Shown: positions 46,459 to 54,944 of the stretch, piece after piece
How the letters are laid out: each line of letters begins with the position of its first letter
Position numbering within the stretch: the stretch's first letter is position 1
Sequence record: PV662128.1
DNA length: 64,000 nt
Reading direction: 5' to 3' (one strand)
The notes under the pieces: model-generated
Database searches by the model: none
Seen by the model: only the letters and a program-made list of their open reading frames with translations
What the model was told of the DNA's origin: nothing
Translations under genes and position numbers: made by a program

Positions 46459-47567
46459 CACTTTTCTCAGGGGTTCAGCAAAGTCAGGGGGTGTCTGCGA
46501 CTAACTATCAGACCAACTGGTTACGTACCGGGGATGAATTGGTTATCGCACACCGGACATCCGAGCTTTATTCTAAACCTGCTAAGCTCGATGGTAAAGT
46601 TATAAAGCTTACTAAAGAAGGTTTAGTGGTCGAATACAAGGATGGAACGACGGACAGTTACCCATTGGGCTTAACCATCGGTAGTGCGTCTGGTGAATTC
46701 CACAGACACACAAGAGTCACTGATTTAAAAGTCGGTGATAGTTTCAATGCCGGAGATATCATCGGTTGGGACGAAATGTACTTTGAAAGGGATTTGGCTA
46801 ACCCTAATCAGGTGGCGTGGAAATGCGGGGTAATGGTGAGGATTGCCTTTGTTGAGAATCAGTTCACGTTTGAAGACTCCATTGAGGTTTCTAAAGACTT
46901 CGCTGAGCAGACGAAAACGCCTTATTTGAAGTTGAAAGAATTCTCTTTAGACTTCGAACAAACTCTCGTCCCTCACGTAGAAGTCGGGTCGGAAGTCGAC
47001 ATGGACGCGATTTTATGCTCGATAGAGGATCCCCACGTAAGTGGTCTGGACGATTCTGATGACACTTTCTCAGGATTAGAGCGTTTAGGGGTTAAACAAA
47101 TTCGGTCTAACCATCATGGCCGTGTTGTTAAAATTGAGTGTGTTTATAACGGTTCAATTGAAGACATGTCAGATAGCCTGAAAGGGTTTGTGACTAAGTT
47201 AGATAAAGAACGTCAGCAGCTCAATAAGGTCACTCATACCGGGATCGTTAACGGTAACGTTGGGGGAAACACGTATGTTAAGAAAGCCAGTGTTGAACCT
47301 AATCGGGTTACGGTTAAAATCTTTATTGAGGATCTCAATAGCTCCGAAACCGCCGATAAATTTGTGGTCGGTAACCAGATGAAAGGTACCGTGGGGAATA
47401 TCGTGAACTACACAATGCGTACACTGGATGGTCGTATTGTCAAGATTCGATTCTCATTTAAATCGATGTTCAACCGCATGGTTCTGAGCTTACGAGATAA
47501 AATGGGTATCAATGAAGTTAACGCCAACCGCACTTCGGCAGCAGTTAAAGCTTTCAGAGGAAAATAA
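46459..47567 (+). CDS. rpoB: virion RNA polymerase beta subunit, exon 2
   Basis: In frame with track ORF 46491; WLRTG, FEDSIEVS, and TADKFVVGNQMKGTV corresponding to RpoB GDKMAGRHGNKGV. Confidence 0.88.
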
Positions 47568-47568
47568 A

Positions 47569-48429
47569 ATGTCTATCGCCCTAACCAAAGCGATTAAAGA
47601 TATCCAGGTATCTTTAAAAGAGGTGGGGCTTTATCCTTCTAAGATCGATGGTGTATGGGGGGATGGAAGTTCGACTGGCTTCCTTACCCTCATCAACTAT
47701 TATGCGTCTAAAGAAGGTAAAGCGTCTCAAGTTAAAATCGGTCCTAAAGTCGGCAACGAAGTAGCCTTTAAAACAGTTCAGCAACAACTCCAAAACATCG
47801 GGCTTTACACCGGCACGATCGACGGACTTTGGGGTAACGGAACCAAAACCGCTTTGGCAACTCTGAACAGCGCCTTCCGTTTAGGTTATCAACTGCCTAA
47901 ATACAGCGCATGCTGGAGTAAGAAGGTTGAACCGGCATTCGTTGCCCGTTGTAAGAAATGGGTGGACGACGAAGCTCTGGTTCCTGAATGCCTTGATTTC
48001 GTCATGGCGATTATGTGCTTCGAATCGGGCGGTACTTTCCGACCAGATATTCAGAATGGTGCCGGTGCCAACTATTGGGGTTTAATCCAATTCGGTACTG
48101 CGGCCGCAACCGATCTGGGTACTACTCTTGACAAACTCAAGAAGATGACTCAGATGGAGCAACTGGAGTATGTGTTTAAATACTTCAAGATGCGGATGAG
48201 ATCGTATAAACTGAAAAGTCTGGAAGATTTCTATATGTCAGTATTTTACCCGGCCGCAATAGGTAAATCTCCTGACACCATGATCTTCGCCAATGGTTCC
48301 GTTGGCTATCGTCAGAACATCGGTCTGGACGTTGACAAAGACGGTAAGATTACCGTTGGAGAAATCAGCGTTAAAATCTATCAAACTTACTACGACGGGA
48401 TGCTACCCGTTAATCGGAGAATTGTCTAA
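47569..48429 (+). CDS. peptidoglycan-binding domain plus lysozyme-like/lytic transglycosylase (endolysin-like)
   Basis: Two PG-binding repeats (LYPSKIDGVWG; LYTGTIDGLWG), catalytic-type MCFESGGTF and WGLIQF; ATG 47569 after GAGGA. Confidence 0.85.
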   Translation: MSIALTKAIKDIQVSLKEVGLYPSKIDGVWGDGSSTGFLTLINYYASKEGKASQVKIGPKVGNEVAFKTVQQQLQNIGLYTGTIDGLWGNGTKTALATLNSAFRLGYQLPKYSACWSKKVEPAFVARCKKWVDDEALVPECLDFVMAIMCFESGGTFRPDIQNGAGANYWGLIQFGTAAATDLGTTLDKLKKMTQMEQLEYVFKYFKMRMRSYKLKSLEDFYMSVFYPAAIGKSPDTMIFANGSVGYRQNIGLDVDKDGKITVGEISVKIYQTYYDGMLPVNRRIV

Positions 48430-48590
48430 TGGACGATACCATTAAAGAAGCGGTCGCTATCGCCAATTTGTTTGAATTGGTTAAAGCAACGACCGGGAAA
48501 GTTGGACTTGAATATATGGCCCCCATTGATGATTCTCGTGCCGACGAAATTATCAGCGGTGCTATCAACGCGGCAGTAAAAGGACAATAA
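48429..48590 (+). CDS. small hypothetical protein, 53 aa (missing from ORF track)
   Basis: MDDTIKEAVAIANLFELVKATTGKVGLEYMAPIDDSRADEIISGAINAAVKGQ*; start overlaps upstream stop (TAATG) and fills the gap to 48593 exactly. Confidence 0.7.
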   Translation: MDDTIKEAVAIANLFELVKATTGKVGLEYMAPIDDSRADEIISGAINAAVKGQ

Positions 48591-48592
48591 CA

Positions 48593-50092
48593 ATGATCAA
48601 GCAATCTTCCGTTTTCATTGCGTTGCCTATCGCAGAAAGTTTGGTTGGTGTTAACAAAACCTTTGCTGATAAAAGCCATCCGCTCATTAAAGGCCTAAGC
48701 GATTGCAGCTATGGTCTGGTTCCTTATACCCTCGATAACCTTCCTTTGACTTTACCGGAAGTTACTCACGAGGAAATGGAACACGGCTTGCTGCTGGATG
48801 AAGCCAGTACAACGCTCGCCGAATCTGTCCGTAAAAGTTTCCAGCAGATCAGCCATTACCTCAAGCCTTTCGCGAAAAATCTCATCGAAGAAATCTACAA
48901 GGCCACGGATATCGATGAAGACGCCACACGTCAGATTTTTGACCGTCTTCAGATTGAATACCGTAAGCTCGATTACGGTTTCTTCGACAGCCCGTTTTAC
49001 CCGAAAGAGATCGACTCCACTATCGACTACAGCAAGATCCCTCTGAAAGATCTGATGTTGCCGGATAACACAGTCGATAAAGACTTCACTGGGTTCGCTG
49101 AGTATATCCAGGCGCCTAACGCAGAGATCAAAGAGATCTTCGAAGCATATCAGCCAGGCTGGGCGTTCGATAAATTTATTGGGAACAACAACTGGGCTGA
49201 CGTCTTCAATATTTTCAACGGCAATGTTGATCTGACAACGGCCGGTTACAAAGACCCAGCTCCTCTGTTCAGCCTGTACGTACTGTTTACGAAAATGAAA
49301 GCGGATGAAAATCCGGCTCCGTTCGTAAAAAATATCGAACTCCATCAGTATCGTGGTTACGTCAACCGGATGCACAACTTCCTGACTGTAGCGCTTGTTT
49401 TTTGTTCTCGCTACTATCAGGGTTTGAAACTCACCCCAATGCCTGTTTTGTCTTTGGTGGGCAAAATGGAAATGGATCGTGGGATTAACCTTCTGCGCGG
49501 TAAAATTGTCGTAGGTCTTACTAAAAAAGGTCTCGATCTTTACGCAGCAGCAGCACCCGACGGTTCTGTGAGTGAAGCACTGGCTGGTAAGGCCGTCGCC
49601 ATGATCGCAACCAAGTCTGATAAAGCTGGTTTGAACATCATCGCTGGCGCAGAGTACTTCCAAGAAGTATTCCGTAATTACCTGGCTGGGGTAACGGGAT
49701 CTCTGAACGCTAAGATCACTGAATCCTGCCGGGATGCCGTTGAAAACGCACTGATCAAGTTCCAGAACGAACACGCGGAACTCAAAGATACCGTGATGGG
49801 TCTCAATGACAAAATTGAATTCCGTCGTCTGAGCCACGCTCTGCAGTCTGACGTGGATTCGTTTGTCGGTGGTTATAAATCGCAAGTTGTCGCTAACGGT
49901 GTTCCGTTACCTAAATACGTTATGGGATCTGATCTCGTTGCGTCTCTGGGTAACCTGATGGGTATGACGTTCGCGGCAGATGTACTGCGCACCAGTTCTC
50001 GTTTGATCGGTTCAGGCGAAATCACCGACGTTCAGAAACGCGAAGCACTGACTGAAGCGGTTGTAAAATCTTTAGTTAAACATCTTGTCTAA
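48593..50092 (+). CDS. virion (head/ejection) protein
   Basis: 499 aa between the muramidase and the protease block; synteny with SPN3US gp243 / phiKZ gp177 region (inference). Confidence 0.6.
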   Translation: MIKQSSVFIALPIAESLVGVNKTFADKSHPLIKGLSDCSYGLVPYTLDNLPLTLPEVTHEEMEHGLLLDEASTTLAESVRKSFQQISHYLKPFAKNLIEEIYKATDIDEDATRQIFDRLQIEYRKLDYGFFDSPFYPKEIDSTIDYSKIPLKDLMLPDNTVDKDFTGFAEYIQAPNAEIKEIFEAYQPGWAFDKFIGNNNWADVFNIFNGNVDLTTAGYKDPAPLFSLYVLFTKMKADENPAPFVKNIELHQYRGYVNRMHNFLTVALVFCSRYYQGLKLTPMPVLSLVGKMEMDRGINLLRGKIVVGLTKKGLDLYAAAAPDGSVSEALAGKAVAMIATKSDKAGLNIIAGAEYFQEVFRNYLAGVTGSLNAKITESCRDAVENALIKFQNEHAELKDTVMGLNDKIEFRRLSHALQSDVDSFVGGYKSQVVANGVPLPKYVMGSDLVASLGNLMGMTFAADVLRTSSRLIGSGEITDVQKREALTEAVVKSLVKHLV

Positions 50093-50107
50093 TCGGGAAT
50101 TTAATCC

Positions 50108-50833
50108 ATGAACTATTCGGCTCTAACGAGAAATAAGGATCGGGTCTTTAAAGCATTAAAAGAGTTAGAGGACCATTCGGTTATCGCTCTGGAGCCGTTA
50201 GAGGTTCATATCCCCAAACGCTTTATCGAGCGATCATTAGCCGATATCGGTGATAAGGTTGAAACGATCGGCGTTCTGGGGATCGTGATTCCCGATGTCG
50301 CTTATTGCTGCATGTATCGCGTCGCTACGGTGACGCTGTCGCCAAGTAACATCCGGGAAATCACATTAGACGGAGTGAGATATGTCGTGTTGGATTTCGA
50401 GAAAGGGGACACGGTCTTTAACAACATCGAAGTCGTTAAAGACGAACATCTCAACTACTCTTACTACATGGAGTTTGGGTATTTCGCAAGGATCCCTTGG
50501 TACGTCGACGTAACGATGGCGCCTAAGCTTTTCGATTACGCAGGACTGATCACTGGTAAGAAAGTAGGGACGAGTCCTCAGGTATTCAGGGTGCTTTACG
50601 GATTGTCCTATCGAGATCCCGATAACTACGAAATCGCTTATCGCTACGGTCCAGGAATTAAGGCCGGGAAGAAACCTCACCTGGTGGGGCTCAATAACGG
50701 CAGCATGTTGATAGATGGAACATTCAACCGCCTCATGGGCGGATATCTGGCCGACAACACCATTGCGGCTATTCTTAATCCTGATACCAAAGTCACTGAT
50801 TCAGAAAAAGTGATGAAGGGATCGCCAGAATAA
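50108..50833 (+). CDS. probable virion RNA polymerase beta' C-terminal subunit (SPN3US gp244-like)
   Basis: C-terminal GTFNRLMGGYLADNTIAAI...SEKVMKG resembles RpoC [20 protein letters not shown]...KENVIVG; sits immediately before the prohead protease as remembered for SPN3US. Confidence 0.55.
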   Translation: MNYSALTRNKDRVFKALKELEDHSVIALEPLEVHIPKRFIERSLADIGDKVETIGVLGIVIPDVAYCCMYRVATVTLSPSNIREITLDGVRYVVLDFEKGDTVFNNIEVVKDEHLNYSYYMEFGYFARIPWYVDVTMAPKLFDYAGLITGKKVGTSPQVFRVLYGLSYRDPDNYEIAYRYGPGIKAGKKPHLVGLNNGSMLIDGTFNRLMGGYLADNTIAAILNPDTKVTDSEKVMKGSPE

Positions 50834-50847
50834 AATAAGGGTAAACC

Positions 50848-51711
50848 GTGAGTCAGTTTTCTTTCGGCAACATTATTCTTGCCAGCAATGGTAAGAAAGG
50901 ACTACTAAAGCCGATCGATGATTCTGGTTACTATCTGCTTAACGCGGGGGGATTCAACGTCCCTAACCGTAACAGGATTAAATATACTGCCAATCAGTAT
51001 ATTCAAGAGTGTATGTCCGAGGACTCCGATCTCATGCGTCGCATTAAACGCGGTGAGGTTTATGGGGAATGCGGGCATCCTCCTATGTTCTTTTACGAAC
51101 GCGTCAACGGTGTGATAGTAAGAACCAAGATCACCGATCTTTATCAATGGATCATGCGTCTTAAAACTATCGACATGGACAGGGCGGCTTTCCACATTCG
51201 CAATATCCATTTTGATACCGACGCATGGACCCCTAACAACAACGGCCCGATCTATAACAGTATCGAAGTTAAACCTTACCTCTCAACCGTGTTTGGTAAG
51301 ATGTTTGAAGAGAACCTGTTAACACCTGATATGAACACCTCTGTTTCTATCAGGACGGTCACCGCTCCTCAGCAATTCGGTCATAAGACTCGTGAGGTCG
51401 AATACTTCACTGGTTACGATTGGGTTTATGAAGCAGGCATGGATTGGGCTAACAAACACATGACTGCAGGATGCGAAGCATTCCTACAAGAAATGGTGTT
51501 TGATGAAAAACAATCCATGACGCTGGATACCGATACAGCCATTCAGCTGATCGAAGCAGGACTGGAGAAGGTGGACAATATTCGTAGCGTTGAGGGTGTC
51601 GAAGCCTTTGAATCTATCAAAGGACTGCTCGGGTCTCTTAAACGTCACAACGAAGATCGTAAACAGAAACACACCATTTCTTACGCTTCTAACTGCCTGG
51701 ATTTATTCTGA
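50848..51711 (+). CDS. prohead (head maturation) protease, phiKZ gp175-like
   Basis: GYYLLNAGGFN, VYGECGHPP (His), SVSIRT (Ser), GYDWV (Asp); GTG start. Confidence 0.85.
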   Translation: MSQFSFGNIILASNGKKGLLKPIDDSGYYLLNAGGFNVPNRNRIKYTANQYIQECMSEDSDLMRRIKRGEVYGECGHPPMFFYERVNGVIVRTKITDLYQWIMRLKTIDMDRAAFHIRNIHFDTDAWTPNNNGPIYNSIEVKPYLSTVFGKMFEENLLTPDMNTSVSIRTVTAPQQFGHKTREVEYFTGYDWVYEAGMDWANKHMTAGCEAFLQEMVFDEKQSMTLDTDTAIQLIEAGLEKVDNIRSVEGVEAFESIKGLLGSLKRHNEDRKQKHTISYASNCLDLF

Positions 51712-51713
51712 TG

Positions 51714-51743
51714 ATAACTGGAGAGGGAAACCTCTCCAGTTAT
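51714..51743 (+). terminator. hairpin terminator
   Basis: ATAACTGGAGAGG-GAAA-CCTCTCCAGTTAT followed by a T run. Confidence 0.85.
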
Positions 51744-51797
51744 TTTTTACTCACATCCTATTTTTATGTCGACATAACACAATAAGCGAGTTTAACC

Positions 51798-52448
51798 ATG
51801 TTTAAGAAAGATCTCTCACTCACTCAACTTAACGATCTGGCAGCAATCAATTTTCTGGTAACCACCCCTCTGGAAGTTAAATTGATCACCAACCTTTACG
51901 GCGAGATGGAACGTATTTGGAGTCAGATGCGCGATCAATATGGCGAGCATCTCATCGAACGCAATCTCGGCGGCGGGGTTAAATCTGACGGTGTAAGAGA
52001 TTATGCCGAGAAACTCACTGTTCTCGTTTTTAACTCCATCGGGTCATTCCAGCGCGGTCTGTCAAAGAAAACCATCGGTGATAAAAATGATGAAGCGACG
52101 ACGCTCATTCGCCGCGTACCGGCATACACTGATCTGTCAAACGAAAAACTTTTCAAGATCTTCATGATCAACCTCTTCGGTTACGACGAAGATCTTATCG
52201 CAATCTCTTTTGCGACTAACGATAAAGATCGTAGCAAGCTGCTCTTCCGCTACATCCTCAATCGTTTTGACATCGTTCGTAACAATCCTGAGTCCGAAGA
52301 ACTTATGGAAGGTTTCTATCCTGATAACTTCTTCGAGATCGTTGCCGAAAGGCCAAGCGACGTTTATCAGGAATGTTTCGCGTACATCGTGGAACAGGGT
52401 TATCCAGTCATGAAAGCGCTGCAGTACTACGCGTCCTCATTACGCTAA
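51798..52448 (+). CDS. hypothetical protein
   Basis: 216 aa with phage-typical codon usage. Confidence 0.8.
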   Translation: MFKKDLSLTQLNDLAAINFLVTTPLEVKLITNLYGEMERIWSQMRDQYGEHLIERNLGGGVKSDGVRDYAEKLTVLVFNSIGSFQRGLSKKTIGDKNDEATTLIRRVPAYTDLSNEKLFKIFMINLFGYDEDLIAISFATNDKDRSKLLFRYILNRFDIVRNNPESEELMEGFYPDNFFEIVAERPSDVYQECFAYIVEQGYPVMKALQYYASSLR

Positions 52449-52470
52449 AAGTTTTAAGACCTATATAACT

Positions 52471-52539
52471 AAGGTGAGGCAAACACAGACAAAACAGTCT
52501 GGGTGATGTTGTAACATCATCTTTTTGTTTCCTCATCTT
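52471..52539 (+). promoter_or_regulatory. predicted three-way-junction structured RNA leader
   Basis: Outer stem AAGGTGAGG-C-AAACA / TGTTT-CCTCATCTT enclosing hairpins CAGAC/GTCTG and GGTGATG/CATCATC; paired by eye. Confidence 0.5.
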
Positions 52540-52578
52540 TCTTATTTTAACATCCAATTTATTATCGAGGACCGAAGA

Positions 52579-53022
52579 GTGAGCAAACTTAACAAAACTT
52601 ATGCTGAATCCCAAACTGCCGCTATTGCCAATCTGACCGAACACGCGAGCTACGACAAAGCAACGGCACACACTACCTTTTCAGCAGAAAAGTTTTCTTT
52701 GCCTGAAGGGGTAACTCCTGAAAGTATTAAGACGCACAAAGATCTCTTCATTGACATCACCGGTGCAATTGAAGAAGCTACCGCGCAACAAACGCTGGCT
52801 GCTCATAAAGCCGATGAAAAAATTCTCACCACCACGGGTTCTCTGGAACTGGGCGGGGTTGTCTTTACCTCTCAACACCACCTGAAACAAAAAGTAGGGG
52901 AACACGAACTGTTCGGCGGGAGTGTAACCAGCGTCGATTACATCTATTCTCCTGAAGCGACCGAATGGGCGGCAAGCATGCGCGCCAATAACGCGAGTAT
53001 CGCCGAAGATCTTTTTAAATAA
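52579..53022 (+). CDS. hypothetical protein
   Basis: GTG at 52579 (MSKLNKTY) after GAGGA; strong codon bias. Confidence 0.8.
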   Translation: MSKLNKTYAESQTAAIANLTEHASYDKATAHTTFSAEKFSLPEGVTPESIKTHKDLFIDITGAIEEATAQQTLAAHKADEKILTTTGSLELGGVVFTSQHHLKQKVGEHELFGGSVTSVDYIYSPEATEWAASMRANNASIAEDLFK

Positions 53023-53029
53023 GGCATTC

Positions 53030-53056
53030 TTACTCCTGCCCTTAGGGCAGGAGTAA
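53030..53056 (+). terminator. hairpin terminator (ACTCCT family)
   Basis: TTACTCCTGCCC-TTA-GGGCAGGAGTAA. Confidence 0.8.
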
Positions 53057-53092
53057 ACAAGACGTTTTTATTTTTTAGGGGAAGAGAGTCGA

Positions 53093-53371
53093 ATGGCTTC
53101 TAAGTCAACCACAAGAATCTACGAACTCGCAGATGGTGGAGTTAGGATTGGATTTGTGAGAAGTGAAAAATCGATAAAGGTGAAAGTGGAGCAGTTTGAT
53201 CGAGAGCGTAAACTCATGAATTTGTATGGGGCAACCATTCATATTTTAGAAAAAGGCGGCGCCATCACCGAACTAAGAAAAGTATTAGGTAAGCAATTTC
53301 CGCGTTGGGGGTTCGATATGAATCCTGAAGCAAAAGAAGACATCGTACTTACTTTTATCAAATTGTTCTAG
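53093..53371 (+). CDS. hypothetical protein
   Basis: 92 aa, AGGGG upstream. Confidence 0.7.
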   Translation: MASKSTTRIYELADGGVRIGFVRSEKSIKVKVEQFDRERKLMNLYGATIHILEKGGAITELRKVLGKQFPRWGFDMNPEAKEDIVLTFIKLF

Positions 53372-53490
53372 TATTTTATGGTAGGGGTGCTTTAGGCACT
53401 CCTGCCGGACTCATCATGCATTTTAATTCAACACACAAAAAGAATGAGACCTGTACTATTAAAGTAAGAACAATGATAGGAGTTGTTTTC

Positions 53491-54174
53491 ATGGATTCAT
53501 TAAGCTGGTACGAAAAATTTAAAGCGGTAACCGGGGATTTGATTCCGGTTGATCTTTTACGGCACTGCTTATGGTCGATCACCTTTAATGATAAAGCGCA
53601 TGATTTGAATCACGTTTATCATGTTTGTAGACAAGGAAACGATCTTGCACTATTACAAGATTACGATGACCACTGGCGAAGCCTAGTATTGGCCGGTTGC
53701 CTGCTTCACGACATTGGGTGTCGTTACGATCGTAAAACCCATCATCTCATAGCGTATGGGTTGGTCTTCGACTTAACCCATCGTTATTGCACCGGACACT
53801 ATTCGCCAGAAGAGACATTGATCATTGCGAAAAGTTGCCTGGAGCACAGAGCAAGCTGGGAAGGTGATTTCAGTCATCCTATTTCAGAAACGGTTGCTCT
53901 GGCCGACAGGGGTATTCCTGATTTCGAGTTGTATTGTAAAAGAGCTGTTCAGTTCAGGTTAGATAACAACTTGACTGAAGATGTTTTGGTTGAAGAAGTT
54001 CGCGTTCACATGTTAGACAAGTTCCTACCTAAGACTGGTTACGTTTGGAAAAACTATCCCGAATTAGGGTTGTCTTTATATGAACAAGAATGGAAAGTGT
54101 TCCACGATAAACTTAAAGATGAAGTTGTCTTTAGAGAGGCTGTATTAGAAGCGTACCGTAAATTAAAATCTTAA
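53491..54174 (+). CDS. HD-domain phosphohydrolase
   Basis: HDLNHVYHV ... CLLHDIG ... EHR ... ALADRG metal-ligand pattern; ATG 53491 after AGGAG. Confidence 0.85.
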   Translation: MDSLSWYEKFKAVTGDLIPVDLLRHCLWSITFNDKAHDLNHVYHVCRQGNDLALLQDYDDHWRSLVLAGCLLHDIGCRYDRKTHHLIAYGLVFDLTHRYCTGHYSPEETLIIAKSCLEHRASWEGDFSHPISETVALADRGIPDFELYCKRAVQFRLDNNLTEDVLVEEVRVHMLDKFLPKTGYVWKNYPELGLSLYEQEWKVFHDKLKDEVVFREAVLEAYRKLKS

Positions 54175-54180
54175 TCTATA

Positions 54181-54211
54181 TTGTTAACGTCCTCATAAGG
54201 GGCGTTAACAA
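54181..54211 (+). terminator. hairpin terminator
   Basis: TTGTTAACGTCCT ... GGGGCGTTAACAA with G-U pairs. Confidence 0.65.
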
Positions 54212-54231
54212 TAACCTACAAGGAAATCACT

Positions 54232-54726
54232 ATGATTATTTTATTTGCTGTTTTTGCTATTATCCTTTGTATTGGTTTTTGTTATAAAAAGATCAATATC
54301 AAAAACGACATCGGAATCAAGGTTAATAATGCCACAAAAATGGTTATCGATATTAACCTTGGTAAAATTAAAGGTGAGTTCAAGATAGTTAAACACAGTC
54401 GGTGTTTCAAACCCAGGGTCTCGCCTGGATTAAACGGATTGGTTTACACCGTTCCTGTGTTTTGTACGTTATCCGAATTCATCACTGGTCTATATTCCGA
54501 AGAAATAAGGCCTTACGACAAACAGAAAGATAAACACCTCTTAGACGTCGTCAGAGCCATCGTAGGGGCCGAATTAAAGGACGACGGTATGATTGCCTTA
54601 TTCGACGACACGACCCTTTGTGAGACCGTAGAGAGAGCCAGAGAGTCATTTGTTATGAATAAGGATTATTTCTTCTCCGAGAAGGGATGGAACCGAGGTA
54701 ATGTTATTGCACCTATCAACCTTTAA
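54232..54726 (+). CDS. N-terminally membrane-anchored protein
   Basis: MIILFAVFAIILCIGFCY signal/TM segment; AAGGA upstream. Confidence 0.75.
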   Translation: MIILFAVFAIILCIGFCYKKINIKNDIGIKVNNATKMVIDINLGKIKGEFKIVKHSRCFKPRVSPGLNGLVYTVPVFCTLSEFITGLYSEEIRPYDKQKDKHLLDVVRAIVGAELKDDGMIALFDDTTLCETVERARESFVMNKDYFFSEKGWNRGNVIAPINL

Positions 54727-54740
54727 TTAAGGATTTTAAA

Positions 54741-54881
54741 ATGTCTGACATGTTTGACGTGGATCAACTCAACAACCTGAACCTGGAAGCTGTTGAAGAG
54801 AAAGTGGAATCTCTTCGTGATGGCGGTGGCGAGGTTGTCGAGGCTTCCGATGAATGTGAAGGCGGCGCCTGCAAAATTTAA
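54741..54881 (+). CDS. 46-aa acidic peptide ending in a ribonucleotide-reductase-alpha-like redox tail (missing from ORF track)
   Basis: MSDMFDVDQLNNLNLEAVEEKVESLRDGGGEVVEASDECEGGACKI*; TAAGGA upstream, terminator downstream; CEGGACKI versus E. coli NrdA C-terminus CESGACKI. Confidence 0.85.
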   Translation: MSDMFDVDQLNNLNLEAVEEKVESLRDGGGEVVEASDECEGGACKI

Positions 54882-54890
54882 AACGCATAA

Positions 54891-54924
54891 TAACTCCTAC
54901 TCCCCATATGGGGAGTAGGAGTTA
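54891..54924. terminator. perfect 34-bp palindrome, bidirectional terminator (ACTCCTAC family)
   Basis: TAACTCCTACTCCCCAT|ATGGGGAGTAGGAGTTA between convergent genes. Confidence 0.85.
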
Positions 54925-54944
54925 GATATACTTATTTTTTTTTC

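Noticed and set aside
46491-47567. Independent 358-aa gene as given in the ORF track
   Set aside because: The frame is open back to 46458 and continues the RpoB motif after DDPKR; it is exon 2.
48752-49885. 377-aa antisense ORF (also 15683-16228, 16274-16843, 10003-10467, 34323-34922 and similar)
   Set aside because: They lie entirely opposite well-supported genes with strong codon bias, lack SDs and have no recognisable motifs.
52471-52539. Hammerhead ribozyme
   Set aside because: The CUGANGA and GAAA core is not arranged around the junction on either strand.
54741-54881. Remnant of a decayed nrdA gene
   Set aside because: No RNR-like sequence upstream, and the ORF has its own SD, start and terminator; kept as a finding instead.
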